DNA of 64,000 nucleotides from Cirrosporium novae-zelandiae (Eukaryota): NCBI GenBank assembly GCA_026023565.1, contig JAPETS010000042.1, positions 62,001 to 126,000 of the forward strand, read 5' to 3'. Shown piece by piece: positions 57,962 to 64,000 of this stretch (position 1 is its first letter; each line of letters starts with the position of its first letter). The notes under the pieces were generated by a model. It saw only the letters and a program-made list of their open reading frames with translations, ran no database searches and was not told where the DNA came from. The position numbers and the translations under genes were made by a program.

Positions 57962-60182
57962 ATTTGGATTGACTGGTTTCATTGGTTCTATTGTCTGGTT
58001 TACATAATTTATGGATGGACGGATGGGTGGACAGGGGCGAATTGGAATAAATACCCGGTACAGGCACAAGTTACAACTCATAAATACAAATACATGTTTA
58101 ATATCCATGACTTATTAGCGGTGATTGGTTGATTGATTAATTTATAAATTAATATATATAATGTTATATACTTTTGTAAAACATTAGCTTCCGTCTTGAC
58201 TTTCCCGGAGCTCGAGTTTTTGAAGGAACTAATGTATGTATGCATGTATGTTTGTATGCACTGTACCGTGGGATCTATAATTAACCTACCGTCCACATTC
58301 CATAACTCATCCTTTTTTTTTTCTTTTTTATTATTTCGGGGAGAAACCCCCCATGATACACAGATACACCTATCAAGAATATAACTCCTTCACTTTCCTA
58401 TCCACCCTCTTCACCTCCAGCCTCCTAGTCCCCTTTCCCTCCTCCACACTTTTCTATTTCCTACTCGTCCTACTAATACATACATACATGCACGCAGAGT
58501 TTATACCATAACATATATATATATAATATACCCATCCTTCCTATCCTTTGATTTTTTTTTCCTGTTTTTTGGTTGTAGTTCCAGTGTTTGGTGCCAAATA
58601 AGATGTTGAGTTTGGGGGTTTTCCAAGCACACCTCTCGTAATTACAAAAAGTTTAGATTTAGGGGGAGGGGGGGGGGGGGGGGGGGGTGGATATTGGTAT
58701 TAGTATCAGTAGCAAGAATTTAGAGAATTAGGCTTAGAGGAAGGGTTAGACCTGTATATATATACATGAATAAGGAGATACATACATAGCTAGATAACTA
58801 TAACAATAATAATATAAGACTGGTTAGTCGGTCGGTTAGTCGGAGATTCTGTGAGTCAAAGGGTTATTATATCTTTGAAAAGAGAGAGGAGAGAAGAGAG
58901 AAGGAGGAAGGGGAGGGAGGGGGGGGGATTCTGTGGTACTTACTGTCCTGCTTGCTTCTCAGCTTGGTTAAATAGACCAAGATGGTGATGGATAGATATA
59001 GTAATATTTAACACCGACACTCACAACACCCACAACACTAATAACAAGCACATTCACAACACTCAAACACCAACAAAAATAACAAGAACAGCATTAACAC
59101 CCACACCACTCAAAATAGCAATATTTATAACAACTCAGAACACTCAGATACCAACAACACCAAACCTCCCTCTCTACCTCCAACTCTTATCTCTAAGCAT
59201 AAAGTATATATAACAATAACAACAATAACAATATAGCCAGGTTCTATATATCATATTACACATATATTATATAACCAACACCTCAATACCTTAATACTGG
59301 GTATAGGATAAGGTATAAGGTATCAGATATATTATCCACTACACCCCCACGTCTTTTGGTTTTTAATTCGGTAGGAATGAGTGATTTCGTTATTTAGTTG
59401 CCTTGCCTTCTCAAACCCTTTCTTCCACCCTTTCAACAGTATAACAATCCCTTTTCCTTTTTTCCCTCTTGGGTTTAGGGATATACAAGGGATATACATT
59501 GAACTAGGGAATAAAAGGACAAGGGGCAGAAAAGGACAGAAAAGGGCACGATCCAATCTAAATCTAGATCTAGGTGTATAACTAATTAGTGTGGATATAA
59601 TGATAGTGACTTGAGGCCTATAGTAGTCCGGGGGGGTATCAGGGAGGGAAGTTCTAACTATATGATCATAAACGAAAACAATAATGATAATATAAAAGTA
59701 ATTTAATCAAGTATATTAGGTTGGGGAATTGTAATAGTCTTATCTTATCTTATATTCTATTTCACTTTTAAATTTATAAATCCCTTTTTTTTTTGTTACG
59801 GCATAACACAGTGCGGCCAGGTTAGCATTGGGTAGACCATATGGTTATAGATCCAAACACTTAATACTTAATATTAGGTATATCCCTCACGTCATGATCT
59901 TCGTTTTGGGTTTGGCGATCAGGTATGTAGGGGTGGGTTGGGAAGAGGGAAGAAGGTTTGTTTGTGGGTTGAGTTAAGTTTTTGATTAGGATAGTGATAG
60001 TGTAATGGTGTAATAATAATAGTGGTGATAGTGATAATCTGTTGTCTCTTATTTTATTTTATATTTATACCTGTAAATTCTTTTCTTTCTAATCATTTGA
60101 TGATATAATGGATTTAGATTTTGTTTTTTGGAATATCATAGTGATATGATGGCAACATCAAGAATAGAAAACATCCATCCAT
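57962..60182. repeat. Low-complexity intergenic tract (poly-G, (AT)n, CA-rich degenerate repeats)
   Basis: G-run at 58662-58686, AAC/ACAC-rich stretch at 59010-59230 and AT runs, between convergent genes. Confidence 0.75.
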
Positions 60183-62261
60183 CTACACAACATCCAAAAC
60201 CTCCGTCTCCGGCACAAACTCTCCCAACGGCCTCACCCCTCTCCCTACCGCCCCCGCCTGCTCAAACGCATATGCATACCGAATCAGCCTCTCCTCGCTC
60301 CAACTCTCTCCCATAAAACTCAATCCAAACGGCACATTCGGCGCCACCTCTACCAAATCCCCACGCGAATTCCACACCACCTCTTGTCCTGCTGGATATG
60401 CGCCCATGGGGACAGTTACCACAGGTGTTCCTACCAGCGCTGGAACGCCGGGTGAGAATTGGGTGGGTAGGATCATGGCGTCTAGGGAGTAGGTTTTTAG
60501 GGCTCCGAGAAGGCCGCCGGCGCCCCCGAGGTAGAGAGCTTCTTGGTAGAAGTGCCAACTTCGTGGGGAGGAGGCGTTGTAGCCCAGGGCGAGGGCGGTG
60601 TCCCAGACGTAGGTGTCGCGGTTTGGGTATTCTTCGAGTGGGGAGGTTTGGGTAAAGGTGCGGAGGGTGGACAGGGAGGTTATGTTTTGTGGGTTTGAGG
60701 TTAGCGAGGCTAGGTAGTCGGCAAGGGAGGAGACGAATTCCGAGTAGAGGTTTGAGGCGTTGAAGGTTTGGAATTGCGCGTAGGCCGTCCAGTTTGCGTT
60801 GTCGATTATGGTGGCGCCGAGGGTGCGGAGGGTGGAGATAGAGGTGTTGAAGGCGGCGAGGACGGCCGGGGAGGTTGTGTTGTCGGAGGCGGATATTGTG
60901 AGGACGTTTCGGGGGATGCCCAGGCGGATTCCTTTGAGGGGTTGTTGGGTCGTGTGGGTTTCGTTGAGGTGGGCTGTGTAGTCTGGGATTGTGCGGAAGG
61001 GGATTAGGGAGGTTGCGTTGTCGTAGGAATCGGGACCCGCGATGGCGGAGAGGATCAGGGCGGCATCCCTGACGGTGCGTGCCATCGGGCCGATCGTGTC
61101 TTGGTGCGGGGAGATGGGGATTACGAGGGACCGGGATGTTAGGCCTACGGTTGGTTTGATGCCCACTAGGTTGTTTACGTCGCAGGGTGAGAGGATGGAG
61201 CCGCTTGTCTAGTGGTAGTGTACAGTTAGATCGGAATGTATGAAGGGGTTTTGTTTTTGGTATAGAGAGTTGAGGGGGGTATAAAATATAAACATTAACT
61301 ATTCTTCTCCTTGGAGTTTTATCCCTACTGACTCCTTTGGGGATCCGTTCCTGGGAATCCAAGAACTGATTCTAAAACAACAAGAAAATCAGACGTACCT
61401 CTGTTCCTAGAGCAGCCAGTGCAAGACCCAAGCTAGACGCAACGGCAGATCCTGAAGAACTACCGCTCGGATCTTGCTGGGGATAATATGCAGCGTAGAC
61501 TTGGCCACCATGTGCGCTCCAGCCATTGGAGCTATTTGATGACCTGAAGTTTGCCTAAGAAATGAATGAGTGCCTACTTTTTGAGAGGGATTGCTAACGG
61601 AGGAGATTTCATACCCATTGGCTTAGGTTTGATTTCCCAAGAATAATAACACCGGCTTTACGGAGCTTTGCTGCTATTCCAGAGTCCCGTGGAACTTTGG
61701 CTCCCAGGAGGGCGTAGGAGCCAGCTGGAAGGGGAAAAATAGTTAGATGGATATGGGTAATTTAGGGCTAGGCATGTTACCAGTGTTGTTCATTTTATCA
61801 TCTGTAGCAATGTTGTTTTTGATTAGGAGTGGAATCCCATGCAAAGGTCCCCGAATAGTTCCATTGGCCCTCTCTTTATCAAGTTCAGCAGCAATTGCAT
61901 AGGCATCTGGATTTATTTCTGTAACAACATGTAATGTATCATTGACTTCATTAATTCGGGCAATATACGCCTGTAGATGTAAGCCAGATAGCAAAATTCA
62001 ATTGAGGTCAAAAACACACTTTCACCAAATCATAACTAGTAAACAAGCCGGCATCAAGGCCCTCTTTCAATTCTTGTGCTGTTGCATTTATAAGACTGGG
62101 AAAGGTTGTACTACTGACTGAAACGTGGTCTTAGCATTAGTCGGCACAAATAAAGGGAGCCATTCCAAACCTCGTCGCCTATATGAGGGTAAATATAGAC
62201 CATGAGTGAAGCTCAGGGCCAAGCTGCCTAGAAAGCAGAAATAGAGAATTCGCAAAGTCAT
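60183..62261 (-). CDS. Secreted amidase-signature family enzyme
   Basis: Multi-exon. Signal peptide; GPLHGIPLLIKNNI (catalytic Lys), GKSNLSQWA, DPSGSSSGS, GTETSGSILSP, GIKPTVGLTSR, QDTIGPMAR and YAYAFEQ. Confidence 0.9.
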
Positions 62262-63497
62262 GAATTGAGGCAGAAATTGCAAGACTGTGAATGAACGATG
62301 GTCTTTGTGATCGTATTCTGAAGCAAGGGCTGGACCTGAGTCCTTTTTATACATACTCATTGTCTAACTACAGGTTCCCCAAGGAACGACCTATAACCCA
62401 AGTTGTCAAACTGAGTGGTTTATTATTTCAAACATACGAATTAAACCACCTAATTGAGAAAGTTCACGGGATAATAATAAGGTCTTCATGATCGCTGGGG
62501 TTGAGAAACCACGGCATTGCTTATCATGGCCAAGAAGTCGAGGGAAATATTCCGATAGGCACATATACTTACTTGTATGTGGATCTTGGGTCTTGTGGAT
62601 TTCCGACCTGCTTGAAGAGGAAGTCGACTATTTCGTTTGTGTTTCCGACCTTCCCTTGATTGTTTTCTAAGCGACGTAGGATTAGAGGTTATGGATGGTA
62701 TGGATGGCACGGATGGAGAAAAGAAATGGAGATGAATCCTAATTGAGTGCCAATATATCCTGGAGCATTGCAGGGATCCAAGGATGCCGTGATGGCTTGA
62801 CCTGTGTCACATTTATGCATCCAAATTTTCTGAGCCTGAAATTTAATTATACGTTTCAGTTTTCAATTGCCTGCAAAGTCTCTTGATAGTCTTAGAGTAA
62901 AAGAACGGGATATTTGAAATATCACACTTGGAGTTTTGTGAACGGTTTTCTCCATGTAGAGGCAGGGTACCAGTACCACATCCCGATATCTGTCTAGTGA
63001 TGGTCTGTAGTCAAGCCAAGATTCTCCTTGAAGATAATCCCTGAATGTCACCAAGGATCATCAAAAATATTCACTAATTAGTGGTTGGGATAGGAGCTAT
63101 CCCAAGCACGAATACAGAAAAAATGACCACGAGCATAAATAAAAGAGAGGTCCAAAGACCTGGTATTGAAGAAAAGAAAAGATAGATTTTCATATGATTA
63201 AAAAAGATTGATTTGCAAAATTCCAAGACTGGTGAAGGATATGATGATAGTCTTATACAGCAGATCAAGTTGTGGCGGTTGTGTGTTGTGGGGAACAAAG
63301 AACTTGGCTTTCAGTATTAATGCCTGAGGCTTGAATCTATCACTACCACCATCCTTTTCTCAAATTTAGTCTTTCATTTAGGATTCATCTTGTGTCTGGC
63401 ACATCTGGCATATCTGGCACATGAATGGTTTGAGATGATATGATCTGATCTGAGTGCGAAGAATGACGCCAACCTTTTCACAAATCATCTAGTTTCA

Positions 63498-64000
63498 ATG
63501 GCGGGAGATGGCGCCTCCGTCGAGAAGCCCGCAATACCCGTGGCATCAACCCCGACAACCAAAAAGCCTCCTCCTGAATCTGCTGAAAGTATTCGCACAC
63601 GAACATGTGTGATACTCACTTTCTGGGTTGTCATCATCTTTCTAGGACTTCCGATATGGTGGAAAACAACTTCGATATATCGGGCGCGTTTGCCTTTGCA
63701 CGATATGATGGAATGGGCTGATGGCAAGGTACCTACTAGCTATCTGTATACTTCAATTGGACATGAAGCTAATCCATTTCAATATCAGGCATGTCGACCA
63801 GTCTTTCCACTCAAAATAGCTGTCGAGGCGCCTTGGTTACAACCAAGTGAAGCCCAGCACCTTGTTCGAACCACCCAACATGCGCTCGACGACTTGAATG
63901 AATTCTCCGCCCACCACCTCCGACTGCAGCTGGCAGACACCGAAACCTCGAACCATTCGACCCAAGTATATTCCTCATCAAGTATTGTCTACAGTACAGA
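63498..64000 (+). CDS. GPI17: GPI transamidase subunit PIG-S, 3' end outside the window
   Basis: KPPPES...FWVVIIFLGLPIWWKTTSIYRARLP...WADGK|ACRPVFPL...QHALDDLNEFSAHHLRL. In-frame intron 63729..63788. Absent from the ORF track, probably because the frame has no stop before the window edge. Confidence 0.9.
   Translation, partial: MAGDGASVEKPAIPVASTPTTKKPPPESAESIRTRTCVILTFWVVIIFLGLPIWWKTTSIYRARLPLHDMMEWADGKVPTSYLYTSIGHEANPFQYQACRPVFPLKIAVEAPWLQPSEAQHLVRTTQHALDDLNEFSAHHLRLQLADTETSNHSTQVYSSSSIVYST

Noticed and set aside
60262..61362. 366-aa overlapping ORF in another frame of the amidase
   Set aside because: Pro/His/Arg-rich shadow frame produced by the extreme C skew. It begins inside an intron.
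1..64000. tRNA, rRNA or snRNA genes
   Set aside because: None recognised by eye. tRNAscan-SE and Rfam searches would be needed to exclude them.

Overview
A 64-kb window from a filamentous ascomycete (Pezizomycotina) genome, with short GT-AG introns and CTAAC/CTGAC branch points. About 23 genes can be modelled by hand. Core genes: kynurenine 3-monooxygenase (5' end outside the window), PTH11-like membrane protein, NmrA-like oxidoreductase, phospholipase D, ABCC transporter, glutaminyl cyclase, SOD-like mitoribosomal protein, secreted amidase and PIG-S/GPI17 (3' end outside the window). Six catabolic genes (LRA1-like SDR, SMP-30 lactonase, aldo-keto reductase, quinate-permease-like MFS, a second SDR, QutC-like dehydratase) look like one non-canonical sugar/cyclitol cluster split by a ~10.7-kb accessory block. 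That block holds the most interesting candidate system. A four-exon, 939-aa chymotrypsin-like protease with a Cys nucleophile (PGDCGS), a poly-Glu insert, a C2H2-like finger and 23-aa repeats lies head-to-head (319 bp apart) with an uncharacterised C-terminally membrane-anchored protein. Next to them is a HET-domain gene carrying an N-terminal CCHC zinc knuckle. This suggests a possible protease-triggered non-self/cell-death module. Also present: a solo LTR with a 5-bp TSD, a hAT-like MITE remnant, tandem palindromes, and a recurrent C-to-G strand-skew flip at gene 3' ends facing low-complexity convergent intergenic tracts. All family assignments come from motif recognition only; no database searches were run.
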